A model generated the notes under the pieces. It did not search any database, was not told the DNA's origin, and saw nothing but the letters and a program-made list of their open reading frames with translations. Shown here piece by piece: positions 45,301-55,682 of a DNA stretch of 64,000 nt (position 1 is its first letter; every line of letters starts with the position of its first letter). Made by a program: the position numbers and the translations under genes. The stretch comes from Mayamaea pseudoterrestris (lineage: Eukaryota), in the NCBI GenBank assembly GCA_027923505.1, contig BROI01000008.1, positions 992,001 through 1,056,000 on the forward strand. The letters run 5' to 3'.

Positions 45301-47151
45301 TCCAAAGATGTGCTCAGCAGCCAGGATGTCGGCCTTCGTCACAGGACAGTTCGGCAACTGATTGCTAGTAACGATGCGCAGGTAATCCTTGAGGCTTGGC
45401 CGTCCAATTTTGATTTGCAGTTCCCTAGCTCTAACAGCGCGTAAATAGTCATCATTGGTGTAGTTAGTACGGTTATCGTCTACCGTAGTCAACATCGCCA
45501 CTCCATCCTTGACATCGCTGCGCTTGCCCTTCGAAAAGCTCTCGCAAACATACAGCCCAGAGTCAGTCTCGACAAACTCTCGCTGCTTACCATCCGGCTT
45601 CTCCACAACGAACATTGGACGATCCACGCCGTGCATGAGATACTCCACGGTAAACTTCTTGCGGACTTGCGCCAAACTCAAAATGTTCGCCAGTCCCTGC
45701 GGATACCACCACACCGGACCATAGCCCTCCAGGTCGCCCATCATGTTCGTCCTTACTGTACCAGCGTTGCACTTGATCACCATCCACGTTGGCACCGGGC
45801 GAATGTTCGTCAGCATCTTGGCGTTGCAGAACAGATCCACTGTCGACTGATTGTCCAAGAGCACAGCCTTCTTCGAGATGTTCACCTTCGGCGGCTGCGC
45901 GAACATGTATCCGACCTCATCGTCGTCATCGCTTTCTTCCTCGCTACCCAGCGTGAAGTGCTGCGCCCCACTAGCCTCTGCAGCCGGCGCACTCTCCGTA
46001 GACTCCGTTCTCGTAGGACAGTCTCGCTGCACATGACCAACCTGTTGACAGGTCCAGCATCTGGGAGGGTCACGCGCTGTACCAGTCGTGTGAAACGCCA
46101 CGCCCTCGTTCGTTGGCAACGTGGCTTCTCCATCCGCATGCTCACGACGCTGCATGATGTTGTATGCATCGTGGATCGTCAACGGGAAGTTGTCGTGCCC
46201 GTCGAGGTAGCAGTTGCGCAAGTGCTTGCAATACCCAGCGTATTCGCCCGTTGCGCCACGCACGAAAAGCATCGCAAGCTCGAGCTCTTCGGCGGCCTTG
46301 ATATCCTCCTTGTTCGCCTTGTTACGATTGTCATCCTTGGCAATGTTCAACGCCACAATCTCGTTGTGCATCGTGACGCCAACCGCCTTCGCCACGTCTG
46401 CCAGCGTGACCATGCTTTCGTAATATTTCTGCAGGCTTTCGCGCGCTCCTTGAGTACGTCCGAACAACTCAGCTTGAATGTCCACGACTTGATCCACAAG
46501 TTTGCAGCGCCCTTCGTACGTATGCGAGATCTCCTTGATAATCGCCAGCAACTTAATTCCGTCCGTGTCCTCCTCGGCGTCTCGGAACTTGGCGTGCGAC
46601 TTGACACGATCCTTCATACGCTCCGTGCATTGTCCATGCAACACGGCGTAGAGACCAGCGAGGAAGTCGGAGTATACACGCACGCGCTCGACATGCTCTT
46701 TCTTGTCGGCCTTGTATTCCTCGAGCATTATGGACCAGTCCGAGTCCGTCGTGTCGGCATCCTTCGTTGGACGTGCAGGCTCGTCAGGAATCTCCAGTTC
46801 CACGTTGCGCATGCCCTTGAGCAGCTCCTTGGTATATTTCTTGTAGGAGCGCCCGACGAAAGTGATGATCTCGTTCGTCGTACGGATGAATCCATCGGGA
46901 TCGCGCGAACCGTTATAGTCGTAGATGAATCCAGCGAGCGTCGGCTCGCTTCCTTGGAAATTTCCACTCGGCGCACGACTCGGTCCGTTGAGTCTGTTAC
47001 CATTGCCTTGATTCCCGGAACGATTCCCAGCACGATTCCCACGACGATAATGACGGTTGCGTCGGTTTCCTTCGCTTGCTGGCGGAGCGGGAGGTGCACC
47101 TCCACCGCTCGACGCCGCTCCTGTCGTCGGAGTATTGCTCGTCGAAGACAT
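42304..47151 (-). CDS. Copia Gag-Pol polyprotein (1615 aa)
   Basis: CWTCQQVGHVQRDC zinc knuckle, LLDNQS protease, integrase D-D-E core, RT HVDD and RNase H VDASY...ADFFTKPL, in the PR-IN-RT-RH order. Confidence 0.97.
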   Translation of the reverse strand: MSSTSNTPTTGAASSGGGAPPAPPASEGNRRNRHYRRGNRAGNRSGNQGNGNRLNGPSRAPSGNFQGSEPTLAGFIYDYNGSRDPDGFIRTTNEIITFVGRSYKKYTKELLKGMRNVELEIPDEPARPTKDADTTDSDWSIMLEEYKADKKEHVERVRVYSDFLAGLYAVLHGQCTERMKDRVKSHAKFRDAEEDTDGIKLLAIIKEISHTYEGRCKLVDQVVDIQAELFGRTQGARESLQKYYESMVTLADVAKAVGVTMHNEIVALNIAKDDNRNKANKEDIKAAEELELAMLFVRGATGEYAGYCKHLRNCYLDGHDNFPLTIHDAYNIMQRREHADGEATLPTNEGVAFHTTGTARDPPRCWTCQQVGHVQRDCPTRTESTESAPAAEASGAQHFTLGSEEESDDDDEVGYMFAQPPKVNISKKAVLLDNQSTVDLFCNAKMLTNIRPVPTWMVIKCNAGTVRTNMMGDLEGYGPVWWYPQGLANILSLAQVRKKFTVEYLMHGVDRPMFVVEKPDGKQREFVETDSGLYVCESFSKGKRSDVKDGVAMLTTVDDNRTNYTNDDYLRAVRARELQIKIGRPSLKDYLRIVTSNQLPNCPVTKADILAAEHIFGPDVGSLKGKTTRRASHLVKPAIVEQLPPAIMSRYRDVTLCADIMYINKVPMLVTFSRSIRFATVEVIQNRTLPVMLKAIESVLKIYARGGFRVVAALMDGEFAPMLGALADLGVALNATSEDEHVGEIERFIRVVKERVRATYNTLPFKHVPARLVIEMTKSAVFWLNAFPNERGISKDLSPRTIVTGQTVDFNRHCKYEFGQYVQTHESHSNDMQARTIGALALRPTGNVQGGFYFLSLSSGKVLNRGHATPLPMPDDVIERVHRLARQQKANPGIVFMDRHRVAEAAEPVMWHEDDAEDDDDSDYDDDASRGDDDSAGGSEGVNATDDDDDDDDGADGAIEGVPNDEDGEAIDGELDDAPAVDDGEIEGVPDEGEIEGVPAAADEEDFDARYGPRTGRYGLRARKPRSFAHLFTLDAAEEVSEPLVTAQMNMRQGLKAFGDAGVEAVRKEMQQLHDRHVMKAVPQCTLTPQQRKDALAYLMFLKRKRCGTVKGRGCADGRKQRAYTAKEDAASPTIATEAIFLTAIIDAMEGREVAVVDVPGAFMQAEMDELVHVRFTGKMVELLLEIDREMYEPCVTMENGEKVMYVELLMALYGTLRAARLFWEKLSAKLLEWGFEKNPYDPCVCNKIVNGKQITVGWHVDDLKISHVDVSVVDEFIAQMDEEFGKETPMNKSRGKVHDYLGMVLDYTKPGEVAINMVDYVKNILHHAPDDMDGTAATPAASHLFQISENPVMLSEAKKQIFVTIVMQCLYLSQRARPDIRTAISFLSTRLQQPDEDDYKKAARVIKYLRGSVDMVLTLKADQSGIVQWWVDASYAVHPDMKGHTGGTMTLGQGSVYSTSAKQKLVTRSSTESEVVGVHDVLPQLLWTGYFLKAQGFGVKDTKLYQDNMSSMLLEKNGRSSSTKRTRHMNVRYFFVKDRVAAGEVNIEHCPTGDMVADFFTKPLQGAQFGKLRNLVMNLASSSKYYSAQRSVLSMDENPNRSGSGDVTKTVTFK

Positions 47152-47178
47152 GTCTTTTCACTCGCTTCTTGGAGAAAA

Positions 47179-47389
47179 TGTTGGATCTAGAATATATCTT
47201 GCGCGCCCTTGAAGCGACACTAATGATTAAGCAGAACAGAGTCAATAAAACCACTTTACTTATTTTCTCCAAGAAGTGATCGTCCTCGATCCACTCCTTC
47301 GGTTGCCGCTTACCGCGCTTACTTAAATGTGACCGTCTTCGTGACGTCACCGCTGCCGCTTCGGTTTGGGTTCTCATCCATGCTCAACA
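47179..47389 (-). repeat. 5' LTR
   Basis: Direct repeat of 42164-42374. Confidence 0.95.
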
Positions 47390-47636
47390 ATCTGTCACAT
47401 CAGCCATGGTGGATTGCGAAACGACCATCATTGAGACGCGATAAGACATAATCACGTTTCATACTTAGCAGGTTTGACAATGTTGTGACAATGACCGCCG
47501 CGACGACTGCCGCCAAGACGAATGACCATGCGGGCGGTTACGCAAGATCCCCCTCACTGCACCAACATCACCAGGTCCGAAAAAGCAACGACAAAGAATA
47601 TATATTTTACCTCCTGCCTCCCCTCTACCTTTCAGA

Positions 47637-48737
47637 ATGTGCTGGCCTCGCAAGTGGCAGTGTCCCTGTCCCTATGGACCATATCTACTCGTTCCCCTCT
47701 TCTTCACGGCTGCGGCCGTCATGTGCACATGCTACGCTGCCTTTGAATGCACCTTTTTCCAAATCTCTGGCATGTCGACGCGTCGCATGACGGTGAGCTT
47801 TGGTCTCTGGACGGTCGAAAAGTATCGGTCCTTCAAGTCTGATCAGCTGGGTGAACCACTGGAGAATGTCTACGTGTACAAGACTCCCAATCAATGCACG
47901 GCTTGGTCCAAACATGAAGAAATTGACAAGTCTGAAATTGATTTGCCCATTCGAGCGGCTCGAGCCATGGGACTGATTTCGGTGATAGTTAGTCCGTTTC
48001 TCTTGGGTTATTTGTACAAGGGCCGCAACGAATTGTTCACCAAGTTGGCCATTCGAACCATGAGTTGTGGCATGATGTTTACTGGTCTTTTTACAGGCTT
48101 GTCTCTTATTGCGCTGCAGAGCTCGCTTTGTCAGGACCATAAGGAAACATGTGACATTGGATTCGCTGGCTACATTTGCATGGCCGCTGTAGTGTTTTGG
48201 ATCTTTGCCTGTTTTTCGACATGCACCTTGCATGGAACGTAAGTGCATGACATTTTTATAAGCGAAAGCATACGACCCAACCGCACAGCAACTCATTAAA
48301 TTTCGACTTGTCTTTTTCGCAGCCGCAGTGTTCGTCGCCGGAGAAAGCCTGGTGAGAGCCGTCGCCAGCGTCGCGATCGCGAGCGTGAGGAACGGCGGTT
48401 GGCTGCCGAGCGACGGGCCATGGAATCGGAAGGCTATAACGATGGTTACGTTGATGAAGATGCAGTCGCTGAGACGGCGCCTCTCGCTGACCCTGATGAT
48501 GGGTATCGGTCCGATGGCAATGAAGAGGAAGGCATTTTTCGGGACAAGGACCCGTACGATGATGCCGATGACGACACGGAAGGTGTTTACAGAGATGACG
48601 ACACAGACAACCAACCAAGGCAGTTCAGAAATGATGATGTAGTAGACGATTACGATGATAATGCATCCTACCACAGCAACAGTAACACATTCGCAGCTGA
48701 TGATAATTCAGTGAACAAAACACGTCACATTGACTAA
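47637..48737 (+). CDS. Claudin-like four-helix membrane protein with acidic tail (intron near 48239-48321)
   Basis: FGLW...C motif, four hydrophobic helices with Cys in the loops and an Asp/Glu-rich second exon; start uncertain. Confidence 0.6.
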
Positions 48738-48829
48738 TGCCGCCGAGCGGTTTGGTTCTGCCTCTCCTCATACGAAACAAAAATTCCAGAGAGAGTCGCT
48801 CTTGTAATATAAGATAATCTACTTTATAC

Positions 48830-50272
48830 TTACAGTCTATGAACGTGCTGCAAAAACTGTGCCGCCGCGTGAGAACCAAGCGATGGTGCATTAGTCCCTA
48901 TTCGTTCGTCGTCATTGTCAACTTGCTGAAAGATGAAACCCAAATGCCCTCCACTTTGACATTGCACCATTTTGAGAGGCGCCGGACCTCCATGTTCGCT
49001 GCTTAGATGCGTCGGCCAAACTGAATTGTCAAAGAATGGATCATTTTTGGCGTTGAGTACGAGCGTCGGCACGGCAATCTTGTCCAAAACATGAATGGAT
49101 GACGTCTGTCGATAGTAGTCCCAACAATCTTCAAAGCCATATATAGGAGCGATAAAGGCATCATCAAACTCTGAGATGGTTTCGGCGCTCTTGATGCGCT
49201 CGGCGGAGATTTTATCGTACGCTTGGAGTCGCTCAAGTTGCTCCTTGGCCATTTTTTGGAGCGACTTGAGCAAGCCGTCTGTGTATACGTATCGCTGAAT
49301 GCTAAAGGGGCGAGCAAGGACGGGAGCGTTTCGTAGTTGATCCAGTGGCGCGCAGAGCGCCGCAGCACCTTGAATGTTCCAGTCCAGTGCTTGGTCTGCC
49401 AAGTCACCCAAGCACTTTAGTACAACGTTGGCACCTAGCGAAAAGCCAGCCAAGTAGATTGGCGTTGTAGGTTCTCGCTGCCGAAAAATTTCCATGAAAT
49501 GCAAAAGGTCTTTTGTGAATCCCAGGTGGTACGCGCCAAGTGTGTCGTTTGGTATATTGTTTCCGTCCTTGTCCTTGGAGCAGCCGCGAAAGTTGATGGC
49601 AATCACATTCATTTCTTGATTTGCAAACGCCCTAGCCATTTCGACTGCAAGGTTCCCGTACGAGCTTGATTGCAAGCCATGCAACAGCAGGACCGTAGGA
49701 GTGGGTTGTTGTGCTGCAGTAGTAGGTGATGCTGGAACATCAGAGTCTTTTCTTCGTTTAACGTACTTGTAGTCAACATGAAACCAATCATTGTCTGGCG
49801 TTTCAATGCGCTCTCGCTCGTCCCAAAAAGCCGCGTTATCAATCTCCTTGGACGCAGTCTTGAATCCATTCTGTACGCGACGCACAAAGTCAATGGGCGA
49901 TTCGTTTCGTGGAACGTACGAACAGGATTCTCGCAGAAGGAAACCGAAGATTGTTTGCACGTGGCCTTTGCCAATCTTTGGATGAAATTCTTCACCAATC
50001 TCAAATTTTTTTATTAAAGCAGCTCCCTTTCTCTGCAGCTCTTCTAGTCGCGTCGCCGCTGCAGTCTCTTTATATTCTGACATGGATGTATCGCTACTGA
50101 TTGACTTCTGGATTCGTCGGCCTTGTTGCTGCGCCAGTGCATCTGAGCATGTGACGAACGCGGGTAGAAGCAAAATGACACTTCCTATTATAGTCCCTTT
50201 TGTCTCTTTTGCATCAGGCCGGCAATAGTTACGATAGGCCATGTTGCGCAGAGTATATTGTGCTTGCAACAT
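48830..50272 (-). CDS. Alpha/beta hydrolase, YheT/ABHD1-3 family
   Basis: GHVQTI, LLHGL, NFRGCS, GFSLGAN nucleophile elbow, NDPF and GGHLGF; start uncertain. Confidence 0.88.
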   Translation of the reverse strand: MLQAQYTLRNMAYRNYCRPDAKETKGTIIGSVILLLPAFVTCSDALAQQQGRRIQKSISSDTSMSEYKETAAATRLEELQRKGAALIKKFEIGEEFHPKIGKGHVQTIFGFLLRESCSYVPRNESPIDFVRRVQNGFKTASKEIDNAAFWDERERIETPDNDWFHVDYKYVKRRKDSDVPASPTTAAQQPTPTVLLLHGLQSSSYGNLAVEMARAFANQEMNVIAINFRGCSKDKDGNNIPNDTLGAYHLGFTKDLLHFMEIFRQREPTTPIYLAGFSLGANVVLKCLGDLADQALDWNIQGAAALCAPLDQLRNAPVLARPFSIQRYVYTDGLLKSLQKMAKEQLERLQAYDKISAERIKSAETISEFDDAFIAPIYGFEDCWDYYRQTSSIHVLDKIAVPTLVLNAKNDPFFDNSVWPTHLSSEHGGPAPLKMVQCQSGGHLGFIFQQVDNDDERIGTNAPSLGSHAAAQFLQHVHRL

Positions 50273-50411
50273 GGCAAGAAACAGATTGATGATGGATGAG
50301 TCGAATCGATGATGGAAGACGCTGCGGGCGAACAACGCGACGTCACGCTTCCAGTTGCGGTGCGACTTACGAATCTGCCGCGCCGACGCGCGCACATTTT
50401 GCATTTCGACC

Positions 50412-51533
50412 ATGACGTTTGTCGAAATACTTGGCAAACCAGACCAGAACCATGACAAACCAAAGTACATGGAAGCGTATATAGCAGTAGTGGAGCCAGA
50501 GCGTTGCGGAACGCTCATGAAGCGACTGGCATGTGACTTGCCGCCAAAATTGACAGCAGCATCAGCATCAACTAGTGAAAATGGCAGTAGTCGTCATCAT
50601 CACGTTGACTTTTCGCACTTGAAGCGCGTCAAGAGAACCATTGTGAAGCAAACTTGCGTGATCAAGGAAGTAGTCGATGAAGATTCCGCGGAATTGACGA
50701 CTCTACCAAAGCGCCGCCGCTCCAATGCCGACGAAACGATTCGCTTGGAGATTGTCCTTGGGGCCGTTTCCTCGCTCGACGCCAAGTTCCAAGACGCGAC
50801 GGTTGAGCTCCAACAAACATATGACCTAAGGTCTATTTACAAGCGTTCAGTTCCAAGTCGGTCTGCTGAATCCGAAGAAGAGTTCAAGGAATTTCATTCT
50901 GTCTGGCCCATTGTCTACTTTGCCAATCGAACGTTGGAATGTCGTGAACGAGAGCGACAACTGAGTCAAGAGGATATTGATATGATGATATCTAGCATGA
51001 AGGCTGCAATTCACGATGCCAATGAACAAGTAGACGGCATGACGAGCAAACGGCGCGTCGGTACTGTCGTGGTCGACCCAAAGACTGGTCGCATTCTGGC
51101 TCGATCGAGCGACGAACGCCAACTACAGACCACCAGTTGCGGCAGCAGCAGCAACACCATTTCACTCAATCCACTCGCCACGTCCGTACTCTTTGCCATT
51201 CAAGGAGTCAGTCGGATGGAACGACATCATGCCATGAACCACGGAATGAATAGCTCCACCTTTCAAACTGGTCAATACTTGTGCACTGGCTGCGACGTTT
51301 ACACGACACTGGAACCAACTGTTTATGAAGCAATGGCGCTGGTACATGCACGAGTACGTCGACTTGTCATTGGATGTCGTCGTCGAACACTAGGCAATGA
51401 TGCACCTGGAGGTTTGACCGACTTGTCGGTGCACGCTTTGCCTGGAACGAACCACAAGTATCGAGCGTTTGTTTGTGATGCGGAGAGTGAACTGGCCAAG
51501 GCTTGCGTTCAACTACGGGATTGTACAAAGTAG
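50412..51533 (+). CDS. ADAT3: tRNA adenosine-34 deaminase non-catalytic subunit (ADAT3/Tad3-like)
   Basis: HLKRVK, WPI, YLCTGCDVYTTLEP...MALVHARVRR and NHKYRAF. Confidence 0.8.
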   Translation: MTFVEILGKPDQNHDKPKYMEAYIAVVEPERCGTLMKRLACDLPPKLTAASASTSENGSSRHHHVDFSHLKRVKRTIVKQTCVIKEVVDEDSAELTTLPKRRRSNADETIRLEIVLGAVSSLDAKFQDATVELQQTYDLRSIYKRSVPSRSAESEEEFKEFHSVWPIVYFANRTLECRERERQLSQEDIDMMISSMKAAIHDANEQVDGMTSKRRVGTVVVDPKTGRILARSSDERQLQTTSCGSSSNTISLNPLATSVLFAIQGVSRMERHHAMNHGMNSSTFQTGQYLCTGCDVYTTLEPTVYEAMALVHARVRRLVIGCRRRTLGNDAPGGLTDLSVHALPGTNHKYRAFVCDAESELAKACVQLRDCTK

Positions 51534-51679
51534 TACTGTAGTTGATAAGGTCTGTTGCGCGTGGATTTTACGTATTGAATTGGGAACGATAGCTACAAAG
51601 CATTGACTACCTGTACTAAATGTTCCCTACCCCTTCACTTCAAACCATTCACTTACAATACATTCAATACTATATCACA

Positions 51680-52339
51680 TTACGCGTCATGCTCCACTGT
51701 TTCCGTGACTGTTTGCGATCCATCTGGATTCACCGTCGTTTTGATAATCTTGCGGTTGCCATCCGGCATGACTGTTTCCGTCGTGGTCACAGTCCCAGGA
51801 GCATACGCCTGCGCTCCAGCCTGCTCCAAGGGTGGTTTGGCCGACGGAGTGCTACATAGGAGTATGCCGGTAATGAGTGCCGCAATGGTGGCTCCAATGG
51901 CCAAGCCCGAGTCCGTTGAAAAAGTTCCATTGTAGGGATCATCCGTAATGAAGGAAGCATATGACACAAAGGTCAAGGCCATGCACAAGGCGCCGAAAAT
52001 AGATGCAATGGCAATGCCTCTAATAACGTTTCGTTCAAAGTTGAAGCAACCAAGAATAAACAGCAACACCATGCAAATCCCAGTGCAAAGGTTGGCAATA
52101 ATGGCAAAGACGTAGGCTGCCACAAAGGGACCATCCCAAAAGGATTGCATCTGCTCCGACGAGTACGTGTAGCAGTACTTGTTTCCATCTGATCCCAAAC
52201 CTTCGTAAGAGTACAGTCCCACGCCCCAGTCGTCGTCGCCGTTGGTCGTGGAAGCATTCAGGTTCGAATCCACTGTCCAATAGTTGCACCGATAGGTTGC
52301 GTTTTGAACGAGCAAATATGTAATAATGCCAAATATCAT
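51680..52339 (-). CDS. Claudin-like four-helix membrane protein with Thr/Val-rich PDG-repeat tail (5' end may include another exon)
   Basis: GVGLYS...YC loop, four helices and the tail TVTTTETVMPDGNRKIIKTTVNPDGSQTVTETVE. Confidence 0.65.
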   Translation of the reverse strand: MIFGIITYLLVQNATYRCNYWTVDSNLNASTTNGDDDWGVGLYSYEGLGSDGNKYCYTYSSEQMQSFWDGPFVAAYVFAIIANLCTGICMVLLFILGCFNFERNVIRGIAIASIFGALCMALTFVSYASFITDDPYNGTFSTDSGLAIGATIAALITGILLCSTPSAKPPLEQAGAQAYAPGTVTTTETVMPDGNRKIIKTTVNPDGSQTVTETVEHDA

Positions 52340-52782
52340 GGCTAATATACTAAACTGCCCATGAGGCCAAGAACTGAGAGAATGATATTGGATTTACAAT
52401 TAGTGTTTGTATGAATGCATTATGACGGCGCTGCGCAAGCTGCAAAAGCGGACAGTCTCGCCTGGCATGCAGAATGCAGACTGCAGGACAAGCAAACATA
52501 TTCTTACCAGCACCCGCGAAAGCCCATGATTGTTTATAGACTACGTTTAATGGCTCGTTCCGTTCCTTTGAATAAGTCTTCGGGGCAAACCTCAAGTCAA
52601 AAAGCACAGGCTCTCATCACCAGGTGACAGCAAGTTGCAAGATGCGGATCTTCCGGTCCGATGAGTGCTGTCCACCCCGGGATCCAGAACATCGCACCAG
52701 CACTCAAAACTGTCGTGCTTTGCTTCCATCTCAGCGGGAGCTTGAGTAACCCTCTACACATGACTTTTACACTAAAAGGCTA

Positions 52783-54014
52783 TTAAGTAGAAACATTTTG
52801 CTTATCTGTGATAGCTGGTTGAATGATTGCAACAGCAGAAAGCGGCAATGGATCATCTCGTCGGACTGGTGGAAGGACAAGGTCTACCTTGCTCACTGGC
52901 ACCTGTATCGCTGGTACAACCCACGTGCCGCCTATGGTAGACAAGACAACGAGTTAACTGCAAACAAAAGGACTTTATGACACATCACTAGCTTTCACGA
53001 TTAACACTTACAGGAACACTGCGCTCCGGACCAATGCCACGTTCCAACCTTGACCATGCACCGCGGGCAACTCAGCTTGCCCACCTCCTCACCCATGTCG
53101 GAAGCCGCCAGCCAGTTGACGTTACTCGTGAGAAAGAGCGACTGGCATGCATCTGCCGCGTTGGCATGCTGCTTGCGATGCGAAAACTTGTGCTTGGCGG
53201 GCAAATGTGGTGGATCTTCCACATGGTCGCTTCCGAACAACATGGTGCGACACTTGCGACAGGCGTAGCGATTCAATTCCACGTTCATGTCTGTTGGAAC
53301 TGTCGCTGGTACATGCGTGGGCGGGGCAGCCGCTTCTGCTTCGGTAGCGAGTTGTTGGGCTTGTTTTCGTCGCTGCTCCTCCGCTTGTTCGATTGCCTTG
53401 TCGACAATGTCACAAGCAAACTGTATAGCAAACTGCGCCATTTTGGCTGGGCCGATTGTTCCGTGCTTCATCGCTTCCTCCTTTTCCGCAACATCAAAGG
53501 TGCGATATGCCTCGAGTTCTTCCTGCATGCTTGCATACTCAGAGTTGGGTTGCACAACGGCGATTGACACTTTCTTTCTCGACAATGTTTCAATGAATAC
53601 TTGGATCTTTTCAGCGTCTTCGGCTGCACTAATTCCTGCGCCGATTGCAACGCCAGAAACTCCCTGAAAGAGAGGTTTGTCGCGTGTGTCGTGTAATGGA
53701 GAAGCTGCCGTTTCCGAGTCGAATGGAGCCGAGGAGGCATCATCGTCAACGAATGGTAGCAGGCCATCCGGTACTAGTTCAACGCCATTACGAAAATATT
53801 CGACCTTTGTCAAGTAGCGTATTCGCTTTCCATCTTCCTCCAAGTACGAATCAAACGATGCAACGCAGGGAAGAAACTGAATGGCAACGCCGCGATGAGC
53901 ATAAGCAGTTGATAACGGATCGTCTTGTATCAAAGAATACACTTTTACTATTCGAGCCTTTGCAGCTCCCAGCAATACAATCCGACAACATTCTTGCTGT
54001 TTCATGGGATGCAT
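52783..54014 (-). CDS. Protein with a DUSP12/YVH1-type C-terminal zinc-binding domain (intron ~52933-53010)
   Basis: YACRKCRTMLF, CQSLF and KLSCPRCMVKVGTWHWSGAQCSC|GTWVVPAIQVPVSKVD. Confidence 0.75.
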
Positions 54015-54345
54015 GAGCGTTTTATAGCTTGAATAAAGCAAAGGGATGCAGGAACCAAGAAGCAATTTGGAAACGGACGCTTGTCGCTATAGATGTCACG
54101 TGTGTCACGCTGCGACTTGGCATTCATTCATTCACAATCAGACCGCTCGTGTTTCCATGGCGCAACGATTCAAGACAAAGCATCACAAGATTTGCTCATA
54201 GAATAACCTAAGAGAAAGGACAGTTAATTCGATCACTTAGAGAAGAGACATTTGGAGCCAAAGCAAATTTGTAGCTGCGACAATCGTTAGATGCAGCGCA
54301 CCATATACACATGCGACATGCGACGGTTCGTTCAAAGTCGTCCTC

Positions 54346-55093
54346 CTATTGCAATGCACCTGACGATTGTACAGCGTCAGACACGGCTTGAATCGTTTCC
54401 GTCACGCCAGAGGAGCTCACTTGCACTGCTGTGTTTGCAATCCAGTCATCAATGAATGGAATGTTCGTCCCTTGCCACGTTCCAGCTTCCTGTTGACTTG
54501 CCACGTAATTTAGGAATTGTGGCTTGGCGACAGTACTCAAGACAACATATGTAATGTAGGCAATGACCAGAGTTCTAAACGAAAAGAAACCTTCCTTCTT
54601 TTCCACGCCAAACTCTGGATCTTCTGCCTTTTTCTTTTCGTATGCAACGTAAAAGTCGATTGCCTCCTTGTCAAGCATGAACCATTCGACAGCTTTTGTT
54701 GCTTCCTCTCGATCATAACTCGATATGTCTTCCATGGTTTTGGAAATGAGATCCTCCTTGCTGTAAAGGAAATGGGATAGAAGCAGGTAAAATCAGCAAA
54801 ATGTTTCGACCTCCATCAACCAGCCGTCTCACCCTCCGAATAACTTACGTTCCAAAGTACATGAGAAACTCTTCAGCGTCGACTCCCATTGCTAGTTGAT
54901 CTTCTTCCACTCCGATTCGTTCGTAGGGGGATGCCAGACTTGGCATGGCAGATCCAAAATCCGAAGCGAAATCAGATGCCAAGCTCGTAATTCTCAAAAA
55001 AGCCGGTTGCTGTGATTGGCGCGGCGCTACAGAAAATGCATCTGTTGATCCAACCAGCAGCACAATCGAAAGACATGTTTTAACGGAGATCAT
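54346..55093 (-). CDS. Hypothetical plastid-targeted membrane protein, two exons
   Basis: TDA-F signal site; two coding blocks separated by a GT-AG intron near 54762-54848. Confidence 0.65.
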
Positions 55094-55682
55094 CGTGGCT
55101 ACCGGTAGTTACTGTTGTAGGAGATGTTGTGATAGTATAGGAGCAGCACAGACACCATCGTCGCTGCCGATCACACAAGTTGAAGTCGAAGCGAAATCTA
55201 AAGCAGAAGTCGCACCGGTGAAGTTCGAAACTCGGAAACATTCGGACTTTTCCAAAGCGAAGTTTCGGACGATTGACATTTCTTAACTTCAAAAATGCCA
55301 GCTGTGACACGTCTTTGACATTTCTGAAGACATTTTCAATCGCGTTAAATGATCGTGCAGATGTCCATGCTGCTGCACCATGTCGAATGTTTCATTGGCC
55401 AAATTAACTCGTCTCGACTTTTCATCAGTGTATCATTGGCTGTAAAGCTACCAGCTGCTCCAGCTGCTGCTTCTTGAGCAAGAAGCAGCTTGATCGCGCG
55501 AAGGGGTGGATGTCACGGGTGCATCTCAGATATTGTCCGCTGATGGCCGATTGATGCCCGAAGTGCCTTCGTTCAAAGATTTCGAGACGTCCTTCACATA
55601 ATCCTCAACAGTGCCCTTCGTCCTCCGCGAAGCCACAAATTAATTTACTCAATCCGTCGCGTTCTTCAAAGCCTGCCATACC

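Larger units (their letters stand above)
42164..47389 (-). mobile_element. Intact Ty1/copia LTR retrotransposon (diatom CoDi-like), 5226 bp
   Basis: Two 211-bp TG...CA LTRs that appear identical, a 5-bp TSD ATCTG (42159-42163, 47390-47394) and a single gag-pol ORF. Confidence 0.97.

Noticed and set aside
43993..47190. Long plus-strand ORFs (430 and 519 aa) antisense to gag-pol
   Set aside because: Shadow frames of a GC-rich, codon-biased ORF; no recognisable motifs.
47685..48674. 329-aa minus-strand ORF
   Set aside because: Antisense shadow of the plus-strand membrane protein and its Asp-rich exon.
52645..52706. Two adjacent hairpins resembling a hammerhead ribozyme
   Set aside because: The core reads CCGATGA...TCAAAAC rather than CTGANGA...GAAA, and the three-way junction cannot be closed.
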